The position numbers and the translations under genes are program-made. DNA of 63,638 nucleotides, counting the filler, from Phoronis australis (lineage: Eukaryota; Animalia; Phoronida), in NCBI GenBank assembly GCA_002633005.1. It is 6 parts of 6 records of this genome, joined end to end, with 100 filler letters (N's around TTAATTAATTAA, not from the genome) between each part and the next. Parts side by side here need not be neighbours in the genome. Positions count along the whole stretch, not along the records: positions 1 to 28,168 come from NMRA01000622.1; 5 more parts are not named here. One strand, written 5' to 3'. Below, in pieces: positions 12,316 through 24,924 of the stretch; position 1 is the first letter of the stretch, and every line of letters begins with the position of its first letter. Under the pieces are notes generated by a model, which saw only the letters and a list, made by a program, of their open reading frames with translations, was not told the origin of the DNA and ran no database searches.

Positions 12316-15300
12316 ATGTCCGACAGTCGAAAGCTGGTTAAGAAACGGGGACGTTCGTCTAACTTAACCGACTCCGTTAGAAAGAAAAGAAGACAAGAGT
12401 TGCAGCTGAACGTTAATAAACGTCGCGTTTATTTGGGTACTGAGCACGGACGCTGGGAATCTTTGAGAAGTGAACTATCAGTGACTAATTCCGAGCTGGC
12501 CAAACGATTGCTTGATGCGTAAGTATTTGTTCGGCCTACTGTTTACTTCGGTAGTTATCGGGGCATTTAAAATCACATTGATCCAATAAAGTAGTGGCTC
12601 AAGAACTCACTGAGAAAGTGAAGTGTGTGAAAATTAAATTCAGACCTAAATTCACCGAGTTGCATTGTCTGTTGACATTAGCTAAAGCCCTACCTATCGC
12701 CACATATTGGCTTGTTAAGTTGTTGGTAGTTGATAATTCTTGAAACACTAATTACAAAGCAGTATTACTTTGAGGTAGTACCACCGTCTCAACTGACAGC
12801 AGTAGAGATGGTAGTAGTGCAATGGGCCCTCCATACGCTGGAAGAGTTTTGGCGAATTGATACCTTAGGAGAACGTTAGTGTCTTAAAATCTTCCCAGCT
12901 CTGTCAAATACTAACGGGCATTATGATTTTTTCCTAAGGTGACCATGTCTATGTTATAAAGGTACTTAAGGCAGCATGACTTAGATGGTTTTGTGTGTGC
13001 GAGGTACGAGTTGCCGAAAGGCTTCTTGCTGCCCCTAGAAGACCATCTGTGCCACCAGTTATGGCCCAGTTCAGACAGCAATTCTGCTTTAGTGCCAAAT
13101 CGTGTATTTTGCTAGATTTAGCACTTTCAAAGTAGTTACAAAGTCATGTGTCATGAGTTTGTAGCCTTGTTTATCTTGTTGTACCTTATTTGCAGACCTG
13201 TGTATGTTGACATAAAGTGGTATTATAATCTGAGAGATCAAGAGGCCTACCTTCTTGAAAGATATTATGCAAAATCTGGAAGTAAATCCACTGCCAAAAC
13301 CCCATTAATCAAAATTTCGCTGCCCTTCAAAGGTTTATGAAGTAAAATCATGAATGTTTCTTGATGGATTTTCAAAATTCAAAAATACATCAATTGTGAA
13401 CAACTTTTGGTGACAAATTCCAATTTACAACAAAAAGTTTAGTTATGAATTGCACTCGCATTTTTTGTGATGGTTATTCATGTAGTTCGGTTGTTATTAT
13501 GGCGGCGAATTGTACCACCTGTATGCTTTGACATCTGTACCAGTAGTTAATAACTAGGTTATTGTAATTTCATTTTTGCACTGTAGGTATGAAGTGGCAC
13601 AAAGTGAAAGACTGGCAACAATGTCTAGAGAAGTGTCCACAGAGTCAGAACCTGAAGCTGTCTCTGAAACACCAGCAACTCCCCAGTTTGTTCAAAGGTA
13701 TTCTAGAAATTATTTTTAGTGAATGTGTGTTGTCTACTTATATCTTCACCTGCTAGTACTTGTGGCTACAACAATACATGACATGGAAATTTGCGTTAGT
13801 TGAAAACTCCGAAGTCAATTTTTGTGAGGGTTTCTAATTTAAATCAAATCATTTGAACTTGCCATTGCTTGAAATATTACTGAACTTGCACTCATTAAGC
13901 CTTAACTGGCTTGGGCTATGGACAGAATGGTTGCATTTTCATCAAGATTTTGCTTTGCTAAATTTGTTCTACGTTGAACTTGATTTTATTGTATCTTATT
14001 AATACTTGAATTATTGTGCAAATATTGTAACTTGTTTTACTGAACTGACTCTGAACTTACTTGATAAGCATTGTCCTTAAAACACATTTAAAAGTAACCA
14101 AATTTTCTTTACAGATATGACCGTACTACTGCTGTTGAGAAGCCTGGAACCTCAAAACTGGTGTCATCAACACCAACTGGTCTACATCAATCGACATTAC
14201 TCAGGTGTGAAACTGTTTTTCAAAATGAATACTCGAACTCTACGTTACTGAATTATTTACTGACAGTGCTTTAGGAACATGGGATGTCAGAACTTAAAAG
14301 TTTAAAAGTCGTCGGCTTATTTGACCATGTCTGACAATTATGAGCTTCCAAACTGCAATGTTTGAAATATCCCTGTTAAACTGGAACAAGGCAATCGAAC
14401 ATGCAAACTTCGATTCGTATGTGCAGACCATTGTAACGTTCGTCATAATTCTTGAATCGTACATACAAACTACATCAAATGTATGAACAAAAATTCATAC
14501 ATGTAAACCAAAGAAACATATAAAACAAAAACCAGGGATATGAACTAACATCACTTAATTATGTAAACATTTTTAGTGATAGTGGTCATCATTCGTTTTC
14601 CTAAGGAGCCCAGCACTAAGCTAACTGGCAACATAAAATGTATTTATACAAGAACTATGTTCTTACATGTTATTTGTATGTCTGATTTTTGTTCTTATGC
14701 TTGATTTGTTAGTTCATGACTTCTTGTTTGTACACACCATGTTGTGGTTCATTTGTAAGATAAAGTGTTCTTCCGAATTATGGAGTTGCTTGTGCATGTG
14801 ATTTGAAGTTCCCATGTATAACTCAAAGTTTGTACATATGACTGTTAGGTGTCTTTGTGTTATAGTTGCAGATAACTGTTGAACTTGACGGAACTTTAGT
14901 TTTTACTAAATGTGATTATGGCAACGGTGTATTTTTCAGTGGATCTGAACTTTCGGGTATTAATGCTATGTCAAGTGACTCTGCCAGTGACGACAAACCT
15001 TTGAGGTATGTATCCAGGTTATTCATAGCATGGGTAATGTGAAAGTGTTGGAACTGATAATTCAATAAGTTTTGTAAAATATTTCGAGTATGTAATATGC
15101 ATGGTACATTCCCGTAAAATAAATTTTTCTACATGTTTGGAATGCTCAGAAATTAGGTGCAGATGGTTCTCTTCTCAGCACGACTGCATTTTGCACACTA
15201 TGTATATATGTTTTGTACACTTTTGTGAATTGCAGAGATGTACCTAAAAGAAATATCATCAAAAAGCAAATGGGTACCAGTTTTGTTGATCCTTTTGAGT

Positions 15301-18300
15301 AAGTACTACTTATTTTATCATATTTGTGTTTTAACATGACAAGTTGATATTTCTAACTTATTCGAATATAGTGTAGTGTGGACAGAGTTGAATTCACTGA
15401 TTGCATTTTTTTAAAATTGATTGCTGTACAATTCAAAAGATTACATTTGATGGCGAAGTTTTTACAAATGAGTTATCATACACAATCCATAAAATTTATC
15501 ACGGTATTTTATTCCTCATCAAGTTGTAAGCGTGTGCTCTGGATACAGTTTTTTAAGACTGTTTTATGAGTTGTAATTGTAGAGGCCATGTCGTACAAGG
15601 TTCATTTTCTATAAATCATATCTTAAATCATAGTTAGGCAATGTGTGCTGGAACCGATGAATACAGACTAACCAGTTCAAGCAATAGAAACACTTGAACA
15701 TTTTTGAATTTCTGTATTACAGGCTAACAATTGATGTGTCTGAAGAAATATCTTGTGATGACCTGGACGGTGACTTTAACTGCAACATAACCATTGGGTA
15801 TAGATTTTAATTATTAGTCATCCAATTTTTAAACAAAAATATATAGAATTATTGTTCATTGCCGACACTGCTATGTTTATGTATATAATGTATACCTTCC
15901 TCTGACTTTTGGTCCATGTAAGTGCAGCATGGACAGTAACGAATCTCTGATTTGACCCTCTGACAGAACAGAAATACCTTCACACTAGTAACCATTAGGT
16001 CCGGTCCAGCAAACTGACTAATGAAGGCATCGTGAGGCTTTGTCGATTGTTACATGTATAAAACATTTGAATTCTGAAAGAACTGGATTTAGTTGTTGTC
16101 CAGTGCACATAATATGAGCACTGTTGTTTATTAGTAGTTCAGCTGCATTATAGGGGCATGACGTGTCCTCTTTGACGTTGGACTTGGGAAGGTCATCACA
16201 CTTTCTCTTTTTGCAGTCCAGAAAGTATCCCTGATGATGTAGACATTAGTGATGTTGGATTCGGAGATGAAGAGTTTGGTGGGGAGGAAGTTACAGGAGA
16301 TATTGTCGATAGTGATCATGATGAAGACGATGAAGACACATTTTCCACAGATTTGGGTGGTGTTCACAGGATTTCTGATGCGGCTGATGCACACTCACCT
16401 GTGGACGATAGGAAATTCATCGTTTTTATGACACCTCTCCTTTCTCTTGCAAATCTCATCAACGTGTCTTGCAAGGAATGTCACAGTGATGTTCGGATTT
16501 CTTCTTCTGTCAGAGGCTCAGCACTCTATCTTACTTGGGTGAGTGTGTGCGGTTTTGCTTTTAGTGAATAATGAAATAATTGCATATAGCATTTGGAAAA
16601 TAAAAAAATTATATCCACCCTCTACCAATTGAGTCTATTCTAAACATCATGTAAAACTTCCATACATGTGTGCTTTTTGAATTATTGTATTCTTTATTTG
16701 AAACAGGAAAGGAATGTGCCCGATCCACATATGTATATTTGGGAGCCCCATATGAATGTTGCTGAAAAATAGTGCATGGTTAGATGTGTGTCTTGTACAT
16801 GATATGTGTATGATAGTGGGAAGCATGGAAATAACTTAGTAATTTTGTGACAGACTGTGTTGGCTCATTTCATGCAGTGTTTTGAATTTACAAATGAGGA
16901 GCATAAGCACTGACATTTGTTTGTTACTGAAGTGTGTGTGTCTGGGAAAAATGCATTTTTTCAACACATCTGGGACGCAGATCCCAAATTCCTTGTCCAA
17001 GAATGGCCATGGACAGGAAGCATGACAAGAAAATGAAATCAGCATACTTAGCTTTACTGTCTGTTCCATACTGAAACTGTCTTAGAACTTGTCAGTATTA
17101 ACTTTTCACACTGTTCTTGTTTTAGCGGTGTACAAAAGGTCACCAAGTGTTCCAGTGGTGCAGTCAACCAGTTTTAAACATGGGCCTGCATGCTGGTGAT
17201 CTACTCATTGCTGCTGTGCTGTTGTCTGGGAATAACTTTGTAAAGGTGGAACTGTTGTTTCGCTTCCTAAACACTAGTTTGCCGACTGTCAGGAGTTATT
17301 CCCGGATACAGGCCTTTTACTTGGTGCCAACCATTGATGTGGCGTGGAAAGTAGAGAAGAGCAAACTAAATGACGAATTTGTTGGGAAGGACCTAGTTGT
17401 GTTAGGTAAGACTAACCAATTAAATCTGAAGAAATAACATTACTTGTAGTACTTGAGAGTAAATCATTACATTTGTGGATTATAATTTTTGGATAGCTGT
17501 TGCGCAGTCAGCTGCTCTAAGATTGAATTACAAAGTTGCTACAGGCTTGTAAAAATAAACTCTCTTCATCAATCCTCAGTTTCTATGGAGCGCCTTTGCG
17601 TGCAGGCATTGGTGTGTGTTTTAGAATTTTGATATCACATGTTTGACTATTGTTGTGTTCAAGGTGACGGGCGTATGGACAGTCCAGGTCACTTTGCCCA
17701 GTACTGTTCATACATTACAATGGAAAACGACACCAAAAAATCCTAACAGTCCATTGCATTGACAAGCGGGAAACCAACTTCAAGTCAACAAACATGGAGA
17801 AGGAGGGGTTCATGAAGAGCATGCTGGAGTTGGAGGAAAGAAACATTACCGCTGTGGAAATTGTCACTGATGCTCATCCTCAGATTGTGGCCACCATGAG
17901 TAAGCAGTGACATTTGTCTCTTTGCTTCTAATTGGTCTAGTTTGTGGTTTCCATTAAAGTGGGGTCATTACAAACCCAGTACTTTTTGAATGTGTGGATA
18001 TTTTTATCACGTGGAGTAGCGAATCTGTTGAGGTTTCACCATCTTTACGGTTTGACTTTTGGTCACTAACAGTGAGATAACGTGATTTTGCTCTGCTTTT
18101 TCATAGAAAACCAACATCCTGAAAAGAAACATTCGAATGACATCTGGCATGGTTCCAAAAGCGTGGGCAAAAGAGTGAACAAAGTGAGTAGGTGATGGAA
18201 ACAATGCCAGTAGCTGTGGCTGAACTGTGGAATACATTTTTTCCTGTATCTTCAAACCACAGGTCTGATTTTATCGTGTTAATATTGTGGTGGCAATACT

Positions 18301-21300
18301 ATGTAATCACAGTTGAGTGTTTATCAGTCATAACTTAAACAGTTGGTTTGGTATAGTTTTTTCTGTTGCTGACAATGTGTTAGATGCTCTGCCTTTTGCA
18401 GGGTCATCCATATGTTGTGAATGTACAAGGCTCATTTTTGGTCTGGCCTCTGGATTTACAGTCTGGCTATATGATTTTTTGTCCTGTCACTGCATTCAAG
18501 TGTTTGAAGCAGAGTATTTGGGAGATGGGCTACCGTGTTGTTTATCCAGTATCGTGTTGGTTTATAAGTATTATGGTAACATCTAAAACAAGTAGTATTC
18601 GTAGCAGATTTGCTTGGGAACAAATGAACTCTCTGTGTTGCTGTGAGCGCAATAAGGTCATCCCAGATTACGCGGTGATAGAAATCTCCTTTCATCCGGC
18701 AATAAGAAAGTGCATTACCTCATTTTGGGAATCAACCACATTGTCATGTCTCTCATTCAAGGTGAAGAATTTCACATCACACATTTGTCCAGTTTATCAA
18801 ACTTTCTCACATCGGAGTTGCAGCCCACAGCACAGCGATCATACGCTGTTGGCATTGGAAAAACAAATAAAATAACGCGACCAAAAAAACTTAAGAAATC
18901 AGATAACAAATAACACGTGGAACCCTAATAGCACGAAAACGAGACTGCAAATGTGCCTGGTGGATGTTTATGGCATTGTGGATAAATACAGGGAGATTCA
19001 AGTGATGCTGTGTAATCAGGGACAGCCCTTTTACTGTTGATCAAGACTCAAAATATATTTATATAATCTAGGAATTTTGCTAAATTGCCTAGTACGTAGT
19101 TGTGAAATTGCAGGGTAAATACCAATATGTAATATCATAACACCTGGTGACATTGTATTTTGTGCAGGCAGCAAACCACAAGGAGTGCACCGATCTCCAG
19201 AAGTGGACTAAGTCGGTGACCAACCACTTCTGGTATTGTGCGCAACAAGCACGCTCAAAGGAAGAATTTACGGTATGTAGTACAGTTTGCAACAGACATT
19301 TGTGGTTGTGGTATGATAAAAATATGGGTCGTTAACAGCTTTTCTAAATAATGTGATCAAACAACTAAGGCTAATTTTTTGTTAAGACAATTAATGGGTT
19401 GTCAGTGCAAAACTTTGAAATCTGGAATTTTTTTAAACCAGTCCAGCATAATATTTTTCAATGGCTTGTGTGGCTTCTCAAAACCAACCAGTGGTCTGAC
19501 CTTGCAGGAGACAAAATAGTTATTTTGGCATCTAGCTATTTTCAACAGGCCGACACTGAGCTCCTGTCTCCTACCTCTGTACTCAAACAGAAAATTAACC
19601 AATCACATTGCATGATTCAGTACAAATGTGTAAGTTTACTCAAACCGTGTTATGCAATTGCTCACTTTTTGATTACAGTATTGAGTATAGGTGACCCTTA
19701 CCATACATATACTTTTCTTATTTTCAGGGAATGTGGTTTGGCATTGTCAATCATGTTGTTGATGTGCATGACTGGTCAATGCCCATAACCACTCCTGGTA
19801 CTGATAAATGTCAAGGTGACCACCATGCCCGTGACCCTGATAAGTACCTGATCAAAGGATCACCAGGTCATGAGAGCTTGAGGAAAATAGTTTACGACAG
19901 GCGCCTCCTGAACAGGATTGATTATTTTCTAAACTGCAGGTAAAAATCTTCCACATCATGGTTACTCGCAGTGTGATTGACATAAAGACACTGCCTCTTT
20001 TACAATCACCCATGATGTTAGCAAAATAAAGTAGTACGGTAAAGTCGCGTGATTTTCGGACACTGAAAATTAATTCCAATAGAAAAAATTCATTCTTGGA
20101 CGAATCTCGCGAAATATCATTTTGTGGTGTCCGAATTTGGCGGACCTCCAAATTTGGGTTTCCGCTAGTGTCCGAATTTCGTGGGTGTACGTTATTTCGA
20201 TGAGCGGTCGTAGTATCAACAATGCTGGCTCGGTCATTTGATAGCAGTATAATTGCAGGTAAATGAGACTCAAATGGTCTGAGCGATTAATTTTTGAAAA
20301 TCTGGCTTTCCCAATAAGAAATGTGCGCCGTCGACGCACACAGACCGTTCCCAACAAGTGTTGGTTCTTCTTTTCAAAGATGTGCTTTCTCAATATGAAA
20401 TATTCGGCTTGCATTGCCGATGCTCAAAAACCGTTCTCCGCAAGTGACGGAATCTTTTCAAAACTGCCCTATCCCACTTGAAATATCGGGCTGCGTTGCG
20501 AAGAGTCTTCCTGGTGACAAATATGGGCTTTTCAATGAGTGGGTCTGGTTTGCGTTGTTGACGCACATGAAACGTTAGACAACCAATTCTCTTTTGTAAA
20601 AATGCGTTTTCTCAATAACAAAAATGTCGAGTTTGCGCTGTGAACGCATGGTTTCCCAATAAAATGCTGGAATTGCATATTCGGCGCACAAAGAGGGTTC
20701 CCGACCATCAAAACATGCGCTTTCTCAATTTTAACGAATTTTGCATTAAACGTAACAGTAATGGATGTGGGAACGAGATCAATGAAGAAAGTGACAAACA
20801 ATGACAAGAACATAGCATATATCTATGTTTGTTAAACGTATCCATGCATTGTGTGCTGGTTACAAACCGAAACGCAAGTTAACTCTGACACGTTTATCTC
20901 CATATTAACTGAAAGCTCAGTTTCAACATGAAAACTTCGATTGAACAATTACCCAAAATAGATAACAAAGACAATCATGATAATAAAACGAGTAGTTTCT
21001 CATCGACTTGTGATCCCCATTTGTCGTCCTGGTAGTCGTCTGAATTGTTGAAGAAGCGCTGTCCTTCTATATGTTTAGGCCTACTGCGGCAAACGATGGG
21101 AATGCGCCGACTAGTACAGTGCTGCGCGGCTGAAGACACGATTAACTAACATATTGTATATATAAGGGCGTTGTCTAGAAAGCAGATGCAATTTCAAATG
21201 CTACCAACATCAAATTCACCCAACCGTTTTTTTTTTACAATTAAAACCTTTCTCATCCACAGCCTTTGAAACGCCCGATGTTAACTCAGTGATACACTGG

Positions 21301-24178
21301 CGCGTCTTCATGCAACTGAGGTGACCTAACACATCTGGGTTCGCTTACGTTTTTAACCACAGTGAAAACTCTGACTTGTGAAATCTTTTTGTGGATGAAA
21401 TGAAACTGATAATCATTAATATTTTCTGGTAATCTGCGTGGAAGATAACAGGGCCGTTTCTTCTGGTCGTCACCAGTTTAGCGCCGTCCACGGTCGTCAC
21501 CAATTTCGCGCTGCTCAGTCTCGGTCAGTCACTACTAATTTACGCCGCCACCCCCCCCTCGGTCTCCTGTTGCACACCAATGTCGATTTTGCGCCACTAA
21601 TTCTAAGGGAGTCTACTAGGTGCAACCCCCTGCCAAGACCGTTGTTGCGCACGTTGATACAATAGGATACTGGGCAGATCACGACTGTCAGAAGAATCGA
21701 CTAGTGACGACCTGAAAAGAAAAACGAAAGCACTCAATTTGGGACAGGTGAACTCATGAAGGACGTAAACCAGGCAATTCAAGTACTATTCTACTATTTA
21801 TATACTTAATTTTCTTTCTTAATGTATATTTAACCAATTACAATTCATCTTTGTCGACCGTTTTCATTTCATTTCGTCATATATTTGCTACAGTTACGGA
21901 AAATAGTTCTTCCCACAGGTCTCTGCTGNAATATGGGTCGTTAACAGCTTTTCTAAATAATGTGATCAAACAACTAAGGCTAATTTTTTGTTAAGACAAT
22001 TAATGGGTTGTCAGTGCAAAACTTTGAAATCTGGAATTTTTTTAAACCAGTCCAGCATAATATTTTTCAATGGCTTGTGTGGCTTCTCAAAACCAACCAG
22101 TGGTCTGACCTTGCAGGAGACAAAATAGTTATTTTGGCATCTAGCTATTTTCAACAGGCCGACACTGAGCTCCTGTCTCCTACCTCTGTACTCAAACAGA
22201 AAATTAACCAATCACATTGCATGATTCAGTACAAATGTGTAAGTTTACTCAAACCGTGTTATGCAATTGCTCACTTTTTGATTACAGTATTGAGTATAGG
22301 TGACCCTTACCATACATATACTTTTCTTATTTTCAGGGAATGTGGTTTGGCATTGTCAATCATGTTGTTGATGTGCATGACTGGTCAATGCCCATAACCA
22401 CTCCTGGTACTGATAAATGTCAAGGTGACCACCATGCCCGTGACCCTGATAAGTACCTGATCAAAGGATCACCAGGTCATGAGAGCTTGAGGAAAATAGT
22501 TTACGACAGGCGCCTCCTGAACAGGATTGATTATTTTCTAAACTGCAGGTAAAAATCTTCCACATCATGGTTACTCGCAGTGTGATTGACATAAAGACAC
22601 TGCCTCTTTTACAATCACCCATGATGTTAGCAAAATAAAGTAGTACGGTAAAGTCGCGTGATTTTCGGACACTGAAAATTAATTCCAATAGAAAAAATTC
22701 ATTCTTGGACGAATCTCNGAAAGACGCGGGACAAAAATCCGACGTTTATGACATTGTCCGAAATTCGAGGATCATTGAAAAACAGTTTTTGGACATTGTA
22801 CGAATTTCGTGGACCATGAAAAACTCATTTCGGAAATATTTATTCTTGGTCGAAAATGGCGGGCCGTCCGAAAATCACGCGACTTTACCGTAAGACATTA
22901 AACAGTTCGCACTTTATCCAGTGATCTTTCACCCGGACTGGTTAATTCTGTGAACGCGTGTAATTTTTCTTAATTCTGTACAACTAATTAGAGTTTTGGG
23001 TTATCATCCTGTTCATAATTTTGAGTTCTTACTAGGAAATTATGCAAATGCATCAAACTTAATGAATGTCCATGGGTGTTTGTTAGGTGTTTCTCAAGTG
23101 TCATGACATAAGGGTGTTTTGAAAATTTCCACTGCTTTTTTAGGGTAGTAGAATAAGCCAGGAAAGAATTCACGTACAGAAAACAGGAGAAGGACAGGCA
23201 TGGCAATTTCCCCAGGAAATACTGACATTTGCCGATGGACTATTTTTTGTGTCAATGGTCATCTTTGGTTAGCATGCTCTCTCCCCTTTTGCGAATAAAT
23301 GCTGGTGCTTATGAAATGCCTGAAAGATTGTCATTTTCGTATTACAAGCCCATGGGTATATTTTTGGAAAATCCCATAGTCTATCTATCTGTTAGGATTG
23401 GTGTAGGCCAAGTATCACCAATGTTTCCTGAAGGCATGGAGATTGTGGTGAATGAATGCGAATGTTTCACAGGTAGTTCAACTAACAAAAGTTCTAAAAT
23501 GGCCTTAATTTTTCATCTTATTTCTTTCAGGAGTACAGCTGAATTGGAGAATTTCAACCAGCTAGTGCTTATGTATGCTGGGAAGAGGTTTGCCAATGGG
23601 CCACCAGCATACAGGGCCAGAAACTTTTTGGCAGCTTTAGATTATAATACCCATATTGACAGGGATGTCGTGGTCAACAAGAATGGGACCATCAGGTAAT
23701 TTAAAAGTTACGTTTGTATTGCTTTTATGTTTACTGTTGTGGAAATGTGATTTTCTCAGACACATTGCCTTTCCCCTTAGTGCAATTTGATGCTGTGGGA
23801 TGATTAAACTAAGATTTTTATTTCAAAATGGGACACCAAGCGTGGCTGTTCTGCTTTTTCTAACATGGTTGTTGACATGTTTTTATGTTTGATTAAAATA
23901 TGAACTAATCTCTTTCTTGTATTCTTTAAAGGTATGCTCGCAAATTTAATAAAAAATCCGGGCGTTACACTGTTCACCCGGTAAAGGTAGCAAAGACCTA
24001 TCCACACATCAGGCCATTGATGGTGGCGATAGTTGAAAGAAGATTGAGAGACAACTTGGGAATGCATAGGAGAGTTCCCATTATGTTTGATGACTCGCGC
24101 ATCATCGCTGCCTCTGTAAGTGGTGTCACACCGCCACCTACTCATGTCCTACAAGCCGAGAAAGTGTCAAGATTCTAG
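12316..24178 (+). CDS. Kolobok-type DDE transposase, 14 exons, ~750 aa, one apparent 1-nt deletion
   Basis: GT-AG, phase-consistent exons: 12316-12518, 13587-13697, 14115-14204, 14940-15005, 15236-15298, 15723-15797, 16217-16538, 17126-17405, 17664-17899, 18107-18183, 19168-19272, 19728-19939, 23531-23695, 23932-24178. Motifs: CKEC...CTKGH zinc ribbon, GDGRMDSPGH (D1), IVTDAH (D2), DIWH (DxxH), NHFWYC, STAELENFN (E), LAALDYN. The A6 run at 17735-17740 needs A7 to stay in frame. Confidence 0.88.
20037..22890. mobile_element. Non-autonomous Tc1/mariner-pogo-like element in transposase intron 12
   Basis: Perfect TIRs CGGTAAAGTCGCGTGATTTTCGGAC / GTCCGAAAATCACGCGACTTTACCG with TA on both sides (20035-36, 22891-92). 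Apparent length is inflated by the 21930-22717 duplication. Confidence 0.8.
21930..22717 (+). repeat. Duplicate of 19321-20108 bounded by single N characters (probable assembly artefact)
   Basis: Identical ORFs at offset 2609; N at 21929 and 22718. Confidence 0.85.
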
Positions 24179-24471
24179 TTGTGAGCTTGTCCACAAATAA
24201 TCTTCTCTCAGCTCACAAAAAGTTCTGTGAAAGGATTGCTATTCATTCCATTACTGAACCTACTAAGCTTTCCATGATCTTAAAAAAATGGACAAATATT
24301 TCAGACTGAGGATGTTTATGTTCACAGTGGTTAGTAATACGATGAACCTGAAGCTTGTATAAAGATATATTTCTCAATACTCAGTCTGTGCGGTTTGATA
24401 CAAAACCTTTATACTGAGAAAATGGATCAGGAAACTTGTCCCTGATGCGCCAGACACAACAGCTAGGGATN

Positions 24472-24924
24472 CCATTGATGGTGGCGATAGTTGAAAGAAG
24501 ATTGAGAGACAACTTGGGAATGCATAGGAGAGTTCCCATTACATTTGATGACCCGAGCATCATCGCTCCCTCTGTAAGTGGTGTCACACCGCCACCTACT
24601 CATGTCCTACAAGCCGAGAAAGTGTCAAGATTCTAGTTGTGAACTTGTCTACAAATAATCTTCTCTCAGCTCACAAAAAGTTCTGTGAAAGGATTGCTAT
24701 TCATTCCATTACTGAACCTACTAAGCTTTCCATGATCTTAAAAAAAGGACAAATATTTCAGACTGAGGAATATGTTCACAGTGGTTAGTAATATGATGAA
24801 CCTGAAGCTTGTATAAAGATATATTTCTCAATACTCATTCTGTGCGGTTTGATACAAAACCTTTATACTGAGAAAATGGATCAGGAAACTTGTCCCTGAT
24901 GCGCCAGACACAACAGCTAGGAAT
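24472..24924 (+). repeat. Slightly divergent duplicate of 24014-24470 (alternative haplotype or paralogous copy)
   Basis: Joined by a single N at 24471; several substitutions and small indels. Confidence 0.8.

Noticed and set aside
22337-22548. Apparent tandem duplication of transposase exon 12 (mutually exclusive exons)
   Set aside because: Lies in a seemingly identical 788-bp block bounded by single Ns that also duplicates intron and MITE sequence; best explained as an assembly overlap.
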